From the IMG/VR virus record IMGVR_UViG_3300042090_003221, positions 51,812-115,811 of that record: a stretch of 64,000 nucleotides of DNA; one strand, 5' to 3'. Made by a program: the position numbers and the translations under genes. The notes under the pieces were generated by a model. That model was not told where the DNA came from and searched no databases. It saw nothing but the letters and a program-made list of their open reading frames with translations. How positions within the stretch are numbered: position 1 is the stretch's first letter; every line of letters begins with the position of its first letter. Positions 47,890 to 57,340 of this stretch are shown here, piece after piece. Source of the stretch: a virus.

Positions 47890-49487
47890 CGCGCCGTCGC
47901 CCGGTCCATGACGCCCAGCAAGCCGCGGCGATGGTTGATCAGATCCTACGCCTGGGCTACTTCGTGCAAGAATTCTCGGAATATCACGTCCGGATCCAAG
48001 ACGCCGTCGACTTCTGGCCGACGGCCGGGAAATGGCGCGCCCCCAAGGGCTACAAATTTGATCGCGAGGGCGCCGGGCTCTCATCGCTCAAGGACTATCT
48101 CGCGAGATATCACCCGCTTACGGAGACAAACGATGCCCCAAAAGATCAGCCTGACGGAATGTGAGGCCGTGCTTTTGCGCCGGCTTGCTGGTGGCGGAGA
48201 TCCGCTGAAAACAACCTCGAATTCGGTCGCCGTGGCTGCCCTCTACAACCTCGGACTGATCGATATCCGGTCCGTCTACACAATCAACGAACGCGGCGCC
48301 GCCGCGCTGCGTGCGCTGCAAACCGAAGGAGCAAAAGCATGATCAACTTGGTTGCGATTTCCGTCCTATTGCCTGAGATTGACGAGGAAGAGCTCGCGGT
48401 GCGGCTGATTGAGAGCCAAATCGGCTACAAGCGCCCGCCCGACCTCGATGCGAAGCAGCTCATCGCGAAAACACGCGAGGCCTGGGAGTCTGTCGACGCC
48501 GGCCCGTATCCGTTCTTGGATCTGGCGAAGGTCGCCATCGCTTACTGCGGCGAATGCCTGACGAAGGCCAGCCCCGCCGTAGTCGGCGGCGAGGCGGTGC
48601 AATAGTGGCTTACGCCCTCGGCCTGACCGCCCTGGAGGCGGAAGCGAAGCGGCGCTGGGATGATCTGCGGGCTATGCCGCTCGCGTGGATAGATATCGAC
48701 CCGCAAGTGCGGATGCGAAAGATGCAGAGCGTGCTCGACGACGCGCTTCGCGCCGCACCGAAAGGACGATCCCTACGTGATCGAGGCCATGCGGGGCTTG
48801 CCGGCGGTCATCTTTGTCCTGCGCGACAGGAGCAACACGCCGAAATGAACGCCGCGACCAAACCGCAGGCCAGCGCCTGCGTCCGCGAGCGCGGGGGCGG
48901 CCCCTGCCGCCTTGCGATGGCAGGGAATCACAAATGCACGTCCGGCCCGGGCCGGAGCTGCGTCGAGACCTCGACCGAAGAGGCGATCGAGCGCTGCGTC
49001 GCCGCGGCACTGGCGGCGCACCGCTGCCGCAAGCAGCCCTGGGGCCTTCCGGAGATCGCGATCCGGCCGGCTTGGCACACCGAGGCCATCCGCTTGTTCG
49101 ATGCTGGGAGCCACACCCAGCGCGCTTTAGCCGCGCTGTTCGGCAAGGCCCGAGGCTCCGTCAGCTACGCGTTATGCCGGTCCTTGGTGGCGCGTGGACG
49201 ACAGGTGACGTCGTCAGCGAGACGCCTTCACCGTTCTCGCGAATACGCGAGGAAGTGCGCGGCGGCGGCCCGAGAGGCGAGCGCAAATGTCTGACGCCGC
49301 AAGGAAGATCGCGGCGACGCGGGTCACCGAAGCTGCCGAAGACAAGATCCAGCGCGTCCTGCTCGATCTCGACGAGGAGATCGGGCCTCTCGGATTCTGC
49401 ATCGGTTTCGTCGAGGTCGATACGCGCCGATGGAGCCAAATAAAGCCTGAAATCGCGCTCAGCGAGAAGCCAGAAGGAAGCAAATGA
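47886..49487 (+). other. Run of small early phage ORFs (47886-48164, 48133-48342, 48339-48605, about 48845-49294, 49287-49487)
   Basis: Coupled ORFs; no function recognised. Confidence 0.5.
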
Positions 49488-50002
49488 TGACCGCCAGCAA
49501 ACCCAAGAAAGCCGCCGCCAGAAAGCGCGCCATCGAGCTCACGCGCACCATGCTGGTCGCCGCGTTTCCGAAGTGCTTCTCGCCGAAGCGCGCCGCGAAG
49601 GTCCCACTCGCGCTTTGTCTCCACAACGAGATCCTCGCCGCGCTGCCGGAGATCGGTTTTCGCCGCCTGATGGAAGCGCTCGGCGACTACACCTCCGGCC
49701 CGACATATCTGCGCAACGTCCTTGAAGGCACGCCGCGCGTTGGCCTCCAGGGGGACTTCAAAGGCAAAGTCACCGCCGCCGAGGCCGCGCACGCCGCGGG
49801 CCGCCTTGCCGCGTTCAGCGCCTGGGCGGACGCGAGCAAACCGAAGGGCGCCGAGGAGGCGCGCGACGAGCGTCTTCACGCCGAGCTTGTCGAGCTCGAC
49901 GAGATCGCAAGCGGCGCATGGGGCGACGGTCCCGCAAAGCGCGGCGCCGCTCGAGATCGCGCGGCGGATCTGCGCAAGGGAACCGAGCAATGTTCAGGAT
50001 GA
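49484..50002 (+). CDS. ProQ/FinO-family RNA chaperone
   Basis: FPKCF...KVPLALCLHNEIL...ALGDYTSGPTYL...RVGLQG...GKVT..EA.HA. Confidence 0.85.
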   Translation: MMTASKPKKAAARKRAIELTRTMLVAAFPKCFSPKRAAKVPLALCLHNEILAALPEIGFRRLMEALGDYTSGPTYLRNVLEGTPRVGLQGDFKGKVTAAEAAHAAGRLAAFSAWADASKPKGAEEARDERLHAELVELDEIASGAWGDGPAKRGAARDRAADLRKGTEQCSG

Positions 50003-50545
50003 CGACGGAGATGGCGACCGCCATGGGCTACGACGAGGCCGGAAACTGCGCGAAGTTGCTTGCTCGCGTCGACGCTGAGGCGCTTGAGGCGGGCGACTTC
50101 CGGCGCGTCGCCGGCGAGGCGCGGTGTCCGCGCTGCGGCAGCGCCTACCGGCTGCATCCGCCCGTTCAGGGCGCGCTATGGCTCACGCGCGGCTGCGACG
50201 GGCTGGTGAAGCTGTGACAGTCGCCCCTGTCCGCGTCTACGAAGTCCGCGTCGACGACTTCCCGCCATCTCGCTACAGCGCGCGCTCGCGGTCGAAGGCC
50301 CGGTATCAGGCTTGGCTCGACTTCAGCGACACTTGGGGCGGGTCGTTCAAGGACTTCGCCCGCATGACGCGGGTCAGGCTTTCCGCCGACCCGACGCCGC
50401 CACGGCGCGCGTTGATCGCCGGCCGCCCGGGGACAATCGCCGAGGGCTCAAACCGCCATCGCGTCCAGTTCATTTATGACGGCTCCGACGCCGTGAACTA
50501 CACGCACCCGTCCGAGGTCAAACCGCTCGTCGACGAGGCCCAGGC

Positions 50546-50962
50546 ATGACCCGCCCCGAAGGCGCGCCGCCAGCCTTCGTCGACGACGAGGGCTTGCACG
50601 CCTTCATTGCGCCGCACATGACGCACGCAGCGTTTCTGCGCGCCATAGCTGAGCTCGAGCACAGAGGCTTTCCTAAGCCAAACCCGACCTTCAAGGGCCG
50701 CTACATGCCCGCCGTGCGGCGATGGCTGGACGGTCACGCCGGTTTAGGTGCAACTCGGCCGCCCAGCCTAGCGGCAGCGGACGGACAAGAGACGTGGGGA
50801 GACACAAGCGATGCGGTCACAGGCTCCGGGGCTGAAAAGGCGCCGGCGAAAGGACGGGGAGGCGCTCTATTGGAGCGCGGCGGCATTGTCCCCGAAAGAC
50901 GCGAAGCGTTACCCCGACGCCTGGATCCGTTTACCGCAAAACGCCACGCCCGCGGAGATTGA
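50546..50962 (+). CDS. Excisionase-like protein overlapping the integrase
   Basis: GFPKP...GRYMPAVRRWLD, directly upstream of int. Confidence 0.55.
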   Translation: MTRPEGAPPAFVDDEGLHAFIAPHMTHAAFLRAIAELEHRGFPKPNPTFKGRYMPAVRRWLDGHAGLGATRPPSLAAADGQETWGDTSDAVTGSGAEKAPAKGRGGALLERGGIVPERREALPRRLDPFTAKRHARGD

Positions 50963-51986
50963 AGACCTATGTCAGGTCTACGCCGAGCGGTTCGATGCTT
51001 GGCGCGCCATGGGTGACCGACCGCGCTATCTCTACGACGGAACCGTCGGGAGCCTATGCGACGCATTCGAGCGGCACGACGAGAGCCCGATGCGAGACGT
51101 CAAGGCGTCGACCGCGGGCTCTTACAGCGATTCTCTGAAGGTGATCCGCGGGACCGTCGCGGCGCGCGCCGTGCGCGCCGTCACGCCAATCGACGTCAAA
51201 ACATGGTTCCGGAAGTGGAAGGAACCGAAGGAGCCGGGCGGCCCGGAGCGGACCAAGCGCGCGCACGACGCAATTTCGATGCTGCGCCAGATCCTCAACT
51301 TCGGTCGTTCGCTCGGCTATGCCGAATGCGGCGAACTGTCCGAAGGCTTGTCGTCAATGCGCTTCGAACGCTCCGGCCGGCGGACAACGGCAATGACGGT
51401 CGATCACGCCCGGACGTTCATTGCCGCCGCCTTGGCGCGCGGGGACAGCCGCGGTCTTTACATGGCGATCGGCGTTGCGGCGCAATTTGAAACGATCTTG
51501 CGCCAGATAGACGTCATCGGAGAATGGGTCGACGAAGGCGCCCACGAGGTCTGGCGCGGATCTTTTACCTGGGAAGCCATCCCGGGCGGCATTCTGCGCC
51601 TGAAGACCAGCAAGACCGGCTCGCCGATCTCGCACAACCTGACCAAGCTCGAATTGCTTTGGCCGCTTATGCAGGCGGTCCCGCAAGCCGAACGTTTTGG
51701 CGCTGTCGTGAAAGGGGAGGGCGGGCTCCCAATTCGGACCCGCTCTTATCGGAAGTGGTTCGCCGAGATCCGCGATGCCGCTGGCCTGCCGAAAGACCTT
51801 TGGGCGATGGACGCGCGCGCCGGCGCGGTGACCGAAGCGCTTGACATGGGCGCCGACCTGACCGACGTCAGCCGGACCGCGACGCACTCGACCGTGACCA
51901 TGACGCGCCGCTACGACCGCGTCGCCGAGGAGTCGGCGGCGCGTGTAGCTGAGGTCCGCAAGCAGGGCCGGAGCCGCAAGCCATGA
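50811..51986 (+). CDS. int: Tyrosine recombinase / phage integrase
   Basis: ILRQID (R), KTSKT (K), MDARAG (R), ATHS (H), TRRY (Y); next to att. Confidence 0.88.
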   Translation: MRSQAPGLKRRRRKDGEALYWSAAALSPKDAKRYPDAWIRLPQNATPAEIEDLCQVYAERFDAWRAMGDRPRYLYDGTVGSLCDAFERHDESPMRDVKASTAGSYSDSLKVIRGTVAARAVRAVTPIDVKTWFRKWKEPKEPGGPERTKRAHDAISMLRQILNFGRSLGYAECGELSEGLSSMRFERSGRRTTAMTVDHARTFIAAALARGDSRGLYMAIGVAAQFETILRQIDVIGEWVDEGAHEVWRGSFTWEAIPGGILRLKTSKTGSPISHNLTKLELLWPLMQAVPQAERFGAVVKGEGGLPIRTRSYRKWFAEIRDAAGLPKDLWAMDARAGAVTEALDMGADLTDVSRTATHSTVTMTRRYDRVAEESAARVAEVRKQGRSRKP

Positions 51987-52079
51987 TCGGAACCGACACC
52001 GTCAATCACGCCTCAAAATTCGCAGCTTTGATTGCTCGGCTAAGAACAGAGGCCAACAAAATCAAAGGCCGGGAGCCGT

Positions 52080-52102
52080 TTCGAATCCTGCTGCCCCGAC
52101 CA
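52080..52102 (+). other. att core: duplicated 3' end of a tRNA (Pro-like)
   Basis: TTCGAATCCTGCTGCCCCGACCA (T loop, T stem, acceptor strand, ACCA) with no 5' tRNA half upstream. Confidence 0.8.
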
Positions 52103-52331
52103 GATAAATGGCTGAAAAGTTTAGCTCAAACCGCAAGGCTTCGGCAGCCGTGTTGCGGAAAAGCAGAAAAATTCTTGACGCTTACGCGGTTTCCGGCGAT
52201 ATTGGCTATGTTGGAACCAGAGCGCCTAGAGCCGCTCGGGGCCTGACTTTCCCCATCGCACGCGTTTGTCTGCCGCCGCTCGTCGGGCGGGGGCCTGCGC
52301 TTTGCGACGACGCTCCCGCGAGGCGCGCCCA

Positions 52332-54788
52332 TTGCCCATTCTCACCGGCGTCCACCTGCTGCCCGCCACGGGCGAATTCACCTATGACACGCAAGCCTAT
52401 CTCGGCCAGCGCGCAACCGAGCCGGCGCTGAGCGCGATCAATACCTACAGCGGCCAGAGCCCGACGACGGACTATTCCGTCAGCATGAACCAACTCGCCA
52501 GCCAGCACCCCGAATGCGCGACGGTTTCGCTCGTGTGCGCCTGGTTTTGCGACGGGACCACGGCGGGCGCCGCCCGCGTCTATCCGACCACGACTTACAT
52601 CGGCGGGACGTTCCAGAAGAGCGGCGGCGGCGCGGACGTCTGGCGCTGCTCAGGTCTGACGCAGGCGAGCGCCGGCCTGATCGCTATGCCGACGGCGAGC
52701 GACGGAAGTTTCATCTATGGCGGCACGCCGAGCGATTCCTCGATCGTGCGCTGCATTCAGGATCTGAAAGCGCGCGGCTTCAGAGTCGTGTTCTACCCAT
52801 TCCTGTTGATGACCGCGCCGGGGCTGCCGTGGCGCGGCGAGATCACATTTTCGCCCGACATGACCGCGGCGGCGACGGGCGCCGTCTCGGCCTTCCTTGG
52901 CGGCGCGGCGCCAGCGCAGTTCACGCGCGACCCGGTCAACCTGACCGTCGGCTATTCCGGCTCGGCGACGGACTGGACCTATCGGCGCATGATCCTGCAC
53001 TACGCCAATCTCTGCGTAGTCGCGGGTGGGGTCGATCTGTTTGTAATCGGCTCCGAGTTGCGCGGGTTGGAGACGATCCGCGGACCGGGCTGGACCAAGG
53101 CCGGGACGACGGACGGCGGCGGTCTTGCGGTCTGGGATTATCCATTCGTGGCGGGATTGACGACGCTGGCCGCCGACGTGCGCAGCGTGTTCGACGGCGC
53201 GGGTCTGACGAAGAACACGACGACGCTGAAGAACCTGATCGCCTATTCGGCCGATTGGTCGGCCTGGATGGGCGTGCAGCATGCGGGCGAGAACGGACAA
53301 TGGCCGCATCTCGACCAGCTCTACGCTTCCAACGCCATCGATCTGGTGGCGTTCGACAATTATCTGCCGCTGTCCGACTGGACGACGGCTTCGGGCGGGC
53401 TCGACGCCGCCAACTGGCAGGCGCCGCCGCCGGCGTCGTGGCCGACGCCGACGCCGGCCGCGCGCGGCTTCGGGCTCTCCGGCGCGCCGACGATCTATTC
53501 CAGCGCCTATCTACAGGCGAATATCGAAGGCGGCGAGAAGTTCGATTGGTATTACTCCGATTCGAACAACCTCGGCGCCGGTGACGACCCCAACGGCTCG
53601 GGACTGATGGTCTCGTTGCCCGAGGGCGACCGGGCGACGCAGACGCGCCAGCCTTACTACGCCGGCCAGCAGATCCTCGCCAACAAACAGCTGCGCTGGT
53701 GGTGGATGAACCCGCATCGCGCGATCTACGATAGCGGCGGCGGTTGGGTCGCGCAGGGGCCGGCGACGGAATGGGTCGCGCAGTCGAAGCCGATCGTGTT
53801 TCTCGAATACGGCGTCCCCAGCGTCGACAAGGCGACCAATCAACCGAACCTGTTCTATGCAACCTCCTCGGTGGAGAGCGGAACGCCGTATTGGTCGATC
53901 TGGACTTCCGCCGCGGGCGACAAGCTCCTGCCGCTGCGCGACGACACGATCTCCGAGATGGCGCTCGACGCAATCTACGCCTACTGGCAGGCCAACAACG
54001 CCAGCGCGTCCGGAGTTTCCATGCTGCAGTGGACGTTCTGCTGCGTGTGGAACTGGGACGCGCGGCCGTTTCCGTGGTTCCCGGCGCTGTCGAGCGTCTG
54101 GGGCGACGCGGCGAACTGGCCTTACGGCGACTGGCAAGGGGCCGGCCGCATGCCGACGCCGCCGGCGCCGGCCGCGGCCGATCCTTTGCCGGGAAGCTAT
54201 CCGTCATTTCCGACGCTCGCGACGCTCTGCTGGTCGACGCAGGCGCGGCCGCGGTTCGAGACGGAGGTCGCCGCGCATGTCTCGGGCCGGGAAAGCCGGC
54301 GGCCGGGGCGGGCGCTGGCGGTCTACGACATCGAACTCAGCTATGACGTCCTGCGCGCCGGAGCGCAGGCCGAGATGCAGGCGATCGCCGGCTTCTACGC
54401 GCAGCGCCAAGGGCAGGACGGGGCGTTCTGGCTGGCTCTGCCGGGGCTCGCGGCGCTGAGCGGACAGGCGCTTGGCGCGGGCGACGGCGTGACGACGCGG
54501 TTTGCGCTGGTGCGCAGCCTCGCCGGCTATGTCGAGCCGGTTGCGGCCACGAGCGGCGTGTCGGCGGTCTATCTCAACGGCGCGCCGCAAGCGACCGGCT
54601 GGAGCGTCTCGTCGGGGTTCTATCCCGCGATCAGCTTCGCCACGGCGCCCGGACCCGGCGTCGCGGTGTCGGCGGATTTCGGCGCGCTGTGGCTCTGCCG
54701 CTTCGCCGAGGACGTCGCCGACGTCGAGAACTTCATGGCGCTGCTCTGGCGCTGGGGATCCGTGAAACTGCAGACGGCGAGGCCCTGA
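52332..54788 (+). CDS. GTA baseplate TIM-barrel-like domain fused to a DUF2460-like domain
   Basis: YGGTPSD, IGSELRGL, YSADWS, DNYLPLSDW, WNWDARPFP; C-terminal SGRESR..GDG.TTRF.LVR; TTG start after gagg. Confidence 0.8.
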   Translation: MPILTGVHLLPATGEFTYDTQAYLGQRATEPALSAINTYSGQSPTTDYSVSMNQLASQHPECATVSLVCAWFCDGTTAGAARVYPTTTYIGGTFQKSGGGADVWRCSGLTQASAGLIAMPTASDGSFIYGGTPSDSSIVRCIQDLKARGFRVVFYPFLLMTAPGLPWRGEITFSPDMTAAATGAVSAFLGGAAPAQFTRDPVNLTVGYSGSATDWTYRRMILHYANLCVVAGGVDLFVIGSELRGLETIRGPGWTKAGTTDGGGLAVWDYPFVAGLTTLAADVRSVFDGAGLTKNTTTLKNLIAYSADWSAWMGVQHAGENGQWPHLDQLYASNAIDLVAFDNYLPLSDWTTASGGLDAANWQAPPPASWPTPTPAARGFGLSGAPTIYSSAYLQANIEGGEKFDWYYSDSNNLGAGDDPNGSGLMVSLPEGDRATQTRQPYYAGQQILANKQLRWWWMNPHRAIYDSGGGWVAQGPATEWVAQSKPIVFLEYGVPSVDKATNQPNLFYATSSVESGTPYWSIWTSAAGDKLLPLRDDTISEMALDAIYAYWQANNASASGVSMLQWTFCCVWNWDARPFPWFPALSSVWGDAANWPYGDWQGAGRMPTPPAPAAADPLPGSYPSFPTLATLCWSTQARPRFETEVAAHVSGRESRRPGRALAVYDIELSYDVLRAGAQAEMQAIAGFYAQRQGQDGAFWLALPGLAALSGQALGAGDGVTTRFALVRSLAGYVEPVAATSGVSAVYLNGAPQATGWSVSSGFYPAISFATAPGPGVAVSADFGALWLCRFAEDVADVENFMALLWRWGSVKLQTARP

Positions 54789-54807
54789 CGATGGGAGTTA
54801 CAATCCA

Positions 54808-55920
54808 ATGACGAGCCCGTCGATCTTTCCCGCGCTGGCGGGCCAGGGCTGGAGCGTGCGCAAGAAGCCGACCTTCGCCACGATGGTGGCGAGCCATGTC
54901 TCCGCCCGCGAAGTCCGCAGCCCGAATTACCTCAATCCTATCTGGCAGTTCGAGCTGAGCTTCGACGGGCTCGACGGCACGGCGGGCGGGCAATACGGCG
55001 GCCTCGGCGCGTCTTCGCTGCAATCGCTGATGGGTCTGTTCCTGCAATGCCAGGGGCAATACGGCGCGTTCCTCTACTACGACCCGACTGATTATCAGGT
55101 CAGCGCGCAGCCGTTCGGCGTCGGCGACGGGACGACGATCAGCTTCCAGCTCGTGCGCTCGCTCGGCGGCTTCTCCGAGCCGGTAACGCAACCTTTCGCG
55201 CCCGCCGCGCCGACGCTGTTTCAGGTCCAGGGCTCGGCGGCGGCCTATGCGCCGAACAATCTCGCCAACCATTCCGGCGACTTCACCAACGGCGTTTGGA
55301 GCAAGACAAACGCGAGTCTGGCGAGCGGCGTCGCCGATCCCTTCGGCGGCGCGGCGGCGCAGACAGTCACGGCGACTGCAGCCAACGCCCTCGTCAGTCA
55401 ATCGGCGACGGCGATCGGCTCCAACTATGTCAGCTCGATCTGGATGCGCCGGAGAACTGGCGCAGGAACCGTTTCTCTATGCACGCCGGCCAACGTCAGC
55501 GCCGCGGTTTCGCTCACCTCCTCTTGGCAGCGTTTCAGCGCGTCCGGGGCGCCGGCCGCCGGCTCCGCCTATTGCGCCGTGCAGTTGGCGACATCGGGCG
55601 ACGCCGTCGACGTCTACGGTCCTCAGCTCGAACAATCCTTGCTCTCGACGCCGGGCCCGTATTTCCAGACGCTCGCCACCGACTATTACGGCGGCCCCTG
55701 GATTGCGGCGAACGGCGCACTCGTCGATCCCTCGGCTTACACCGTCTCGAACGGGCTGGTGAAATTCTCGTCGCCGCCGGCGAACGGCGCGGCGCTCGCC
55801 TGGACCGGATATTTCGGCTTCCTCTGCCGCTTCGACGGCGACGATCTCGATTTCGAGCAATTCATGGCCAACCTCTGGCGCGCCCAGAGCGTGAAATTCC
55901 GATCCTTGAGGGCGCAATGA
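54808..55920 (+). CDS. DUF2460-like distal tail protein with an inserted carbohydrate-binding-like domain
   Basis: KKPTFAT..SAREVR; GDGTTISFQLVR; LCRFDGD. Confidence 0.8.
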   Translation: MTSPSIFPALAGQGWSVRKKPTFATMVASHVSAREVRSPNYLNPIWQFELSFDGLDGTAGGQYGGLGASSLQSLMGLFLQCQGQYGAFLYYDPTDYQVSAQPFGVGDGTTISFQLVRSLGGFSEPVTQPFAPAAPTLFQVQGSAAAYAPNNLANHSGDFTNGVWSKTNASLASGVADPFGGAAAQTVTATAANALVSQSATAIGSNYVSSIWMRRRTGAGTVSLCTPANVSAAVSLTSSWQRFSASGAPAAGSAYCAVQLATSGDAVDVYGPQLEQSLLSTPGPYFQTLATDYYGGPWIAANGALVDPSAYTVSNGLVKFSSPPANGAALAWTGYFGFLCRFDGDDLDFEQFMANLWRAQSVKFRSLRAQ

Positions 55921-56786
55921 AAGCGACATCAGCGCCCGTCCTGGCGGCGATCAACGCGGCGCGCGCCGCGCCCGACGCGCCGCTCGTCTTCGCCGAATGT
56001 TTCACCTTCACGCTGGCGACGGGAACGATTCTCACCTGGACCAACGTCGACATGCCGGTGACCTACAACGGCGCGACGTTTTCGGCGACCGGGCCGCTGG
56101 TGCAGGGCCTCAAGTACAAGGCGAGCGTCGGGCTCGAAGTCGACAAGCAGCAGATCACGATCGCCGCGCGGCCGAGCGACACGATCGGGGGCGCGGCGGC
56201 GCTGATCGCGATAAGGCAGGGCGCGTTCGACGGCGCGACCGTGCAGCGCGACCGGGTATTCCTCACAGCCATCGGCGGGACGGTGATCGGCGGTGTGACG
56301 TTGTTCCACGGCCGCGTCTCGACGGTCGACAGCGTCGGCCGCACGCAGGCTGCGATCACGGTGGCGAGCGATCTGATCGTGCTCGACTACGACATGCCGC
56401 GCAATCTCTATTCGCCCAGCTGTGTGCATACGCTGTACGATTCCGGCTGCGGCGTCATCCGCGGCGCCTATTCGGCGAACGGGACGGCAGGGGCAGGGTC
56501 GACCGCGAGCCTGATCCTGACGAGCGTCGCGCTCGCCGGTCATATTCAGGGTTCGATCTTGTTCACCAGCGGCGTCAACGCGAATGTGCGCACGACGGTG
56601 AAGGGCGTCATCGTCGGGGCGTCGCTGTTGCTGATGTATCCGCTGCCTTCGCTGCCTGCAGCGGGCGACGCGTTCTCCGTCGCCTTCGGCTGCGACCATA
56701 CGCGCGGGACGTGCCAGAGCCGGTTCAACAACCTCGCCAACTTCCGCGGCTTCCCGTTCGTGCCGCCGCCGCAGATCGCTTACTGA
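55917..56786 (+). CDS. DUF2163/BR0599-type baseplate hub protein
   Basis: C.HTLYD..C; GCDHT..TC..RFNN.ANFRGFPFVP. Confidence 0.85.
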   Translation: MKATSAPVLAAINAARAAPDAPLVFAECFTFTLATGTILTWTNVDMPVTYNGATFSATGPLVQGLKYKASVGLEVDKQQITIAARPSDTIGGAAALIAIRQGAFDGATVQRDRVFLTAIGGTVIGGVTLFHGRVSTVDSVGRTQAAITVASDLIVLDYDMPRNLYSPSCVHTLYDSGCGVIRGAYSANGTAGAGSTASLILTSVALAGHIQGSILFTSGVNANVRTTVKGVIVGASLLLMYPLPSLPAAGDAFSVAFGCDHTRGTCQSRFNNLANFRGFPFVPPPQIAY

Positions 56787-56884
56787 AAGGCGGCAGGCGT
56801 GGTTCGCAAACGCCTGCTTGCCAAGCGCGCAGCGGGCGCGTGAGCTGCCTGCGGCCTGACGCCTGCCGCCACAAGGACAATCAG

Positions 56885-57340
56885 ATGAGTGACGTCTCCC
56901 CCGAGCGCGCCCGCGTCGTCGAGGCGGCGCGGGCGTGGCTCGGCACGCCCTATCATCACGCCGCCGACATCAAAGGCGTAGGCGTCGATTGCGCGATGAT
57001 CCTGGTGCGCGTGTTCTGCGATCTCGGTCTCGTCGCGCCGTTTGATCCGCGCCCCTACGTTAAGGATTGGATGCTGCACCGCGGCGAGGAGCGATATCTC
57101 GGTTTCCTGATCGACCACTCGCGCGAGATCGAAGCGCCGGAGCCCGGCGACGTCATGCTGTTTCGCGTCGGGCGCTGCTACGCGCACGGCGGGATCGTCA
57201 CGAAGGCCGATCCGCTGACGATCATTCACGCGTTTGCTCCGGCGGGAAGAGTCGTCGAGGACGAAGTGCGTCGGGCGGCGGATCTCGCCGAACGGCGGCC
57301 CCAAGCGAAATTCTTCAGATTGTGGAGTCTCGACCCTTGA
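56885..57340 (+). CDS. NlpC/P60 tail-associated peptidase
   Basis: WLGTPYHH...GVDC...PGD...HGGI. Confidence 0.88.
   Translation: MSDVSPERARVVEAARAWLGTPYHHAADIKGVGVDCAMILVRVFCDLGLVAPFDPRPYVKDWMLHRGEERYLGFLIDHSREIEAPEPGDVMLFRVGRCYAHGGIVTKADPLTIIHAFAPAGRVVEDEVRRAADLAERRPQAKFFRLWSLDP

Larger units (their letters stand above)
1..52102. mobile_element. Integrated temperate prophage (right part; the left end lies outside the window)
   Basis: Terminase, portal, MuF, replication, cI/cro, recombination genes and integrase in lambdoid order; ends at a tRNA 3'-end duplication. Confidence 0.93.

Noticed and set aside
52080-52102. Complete tRNA gene
   Set aside because: Only the 3' 23 nt are present; interpreted as the att core.
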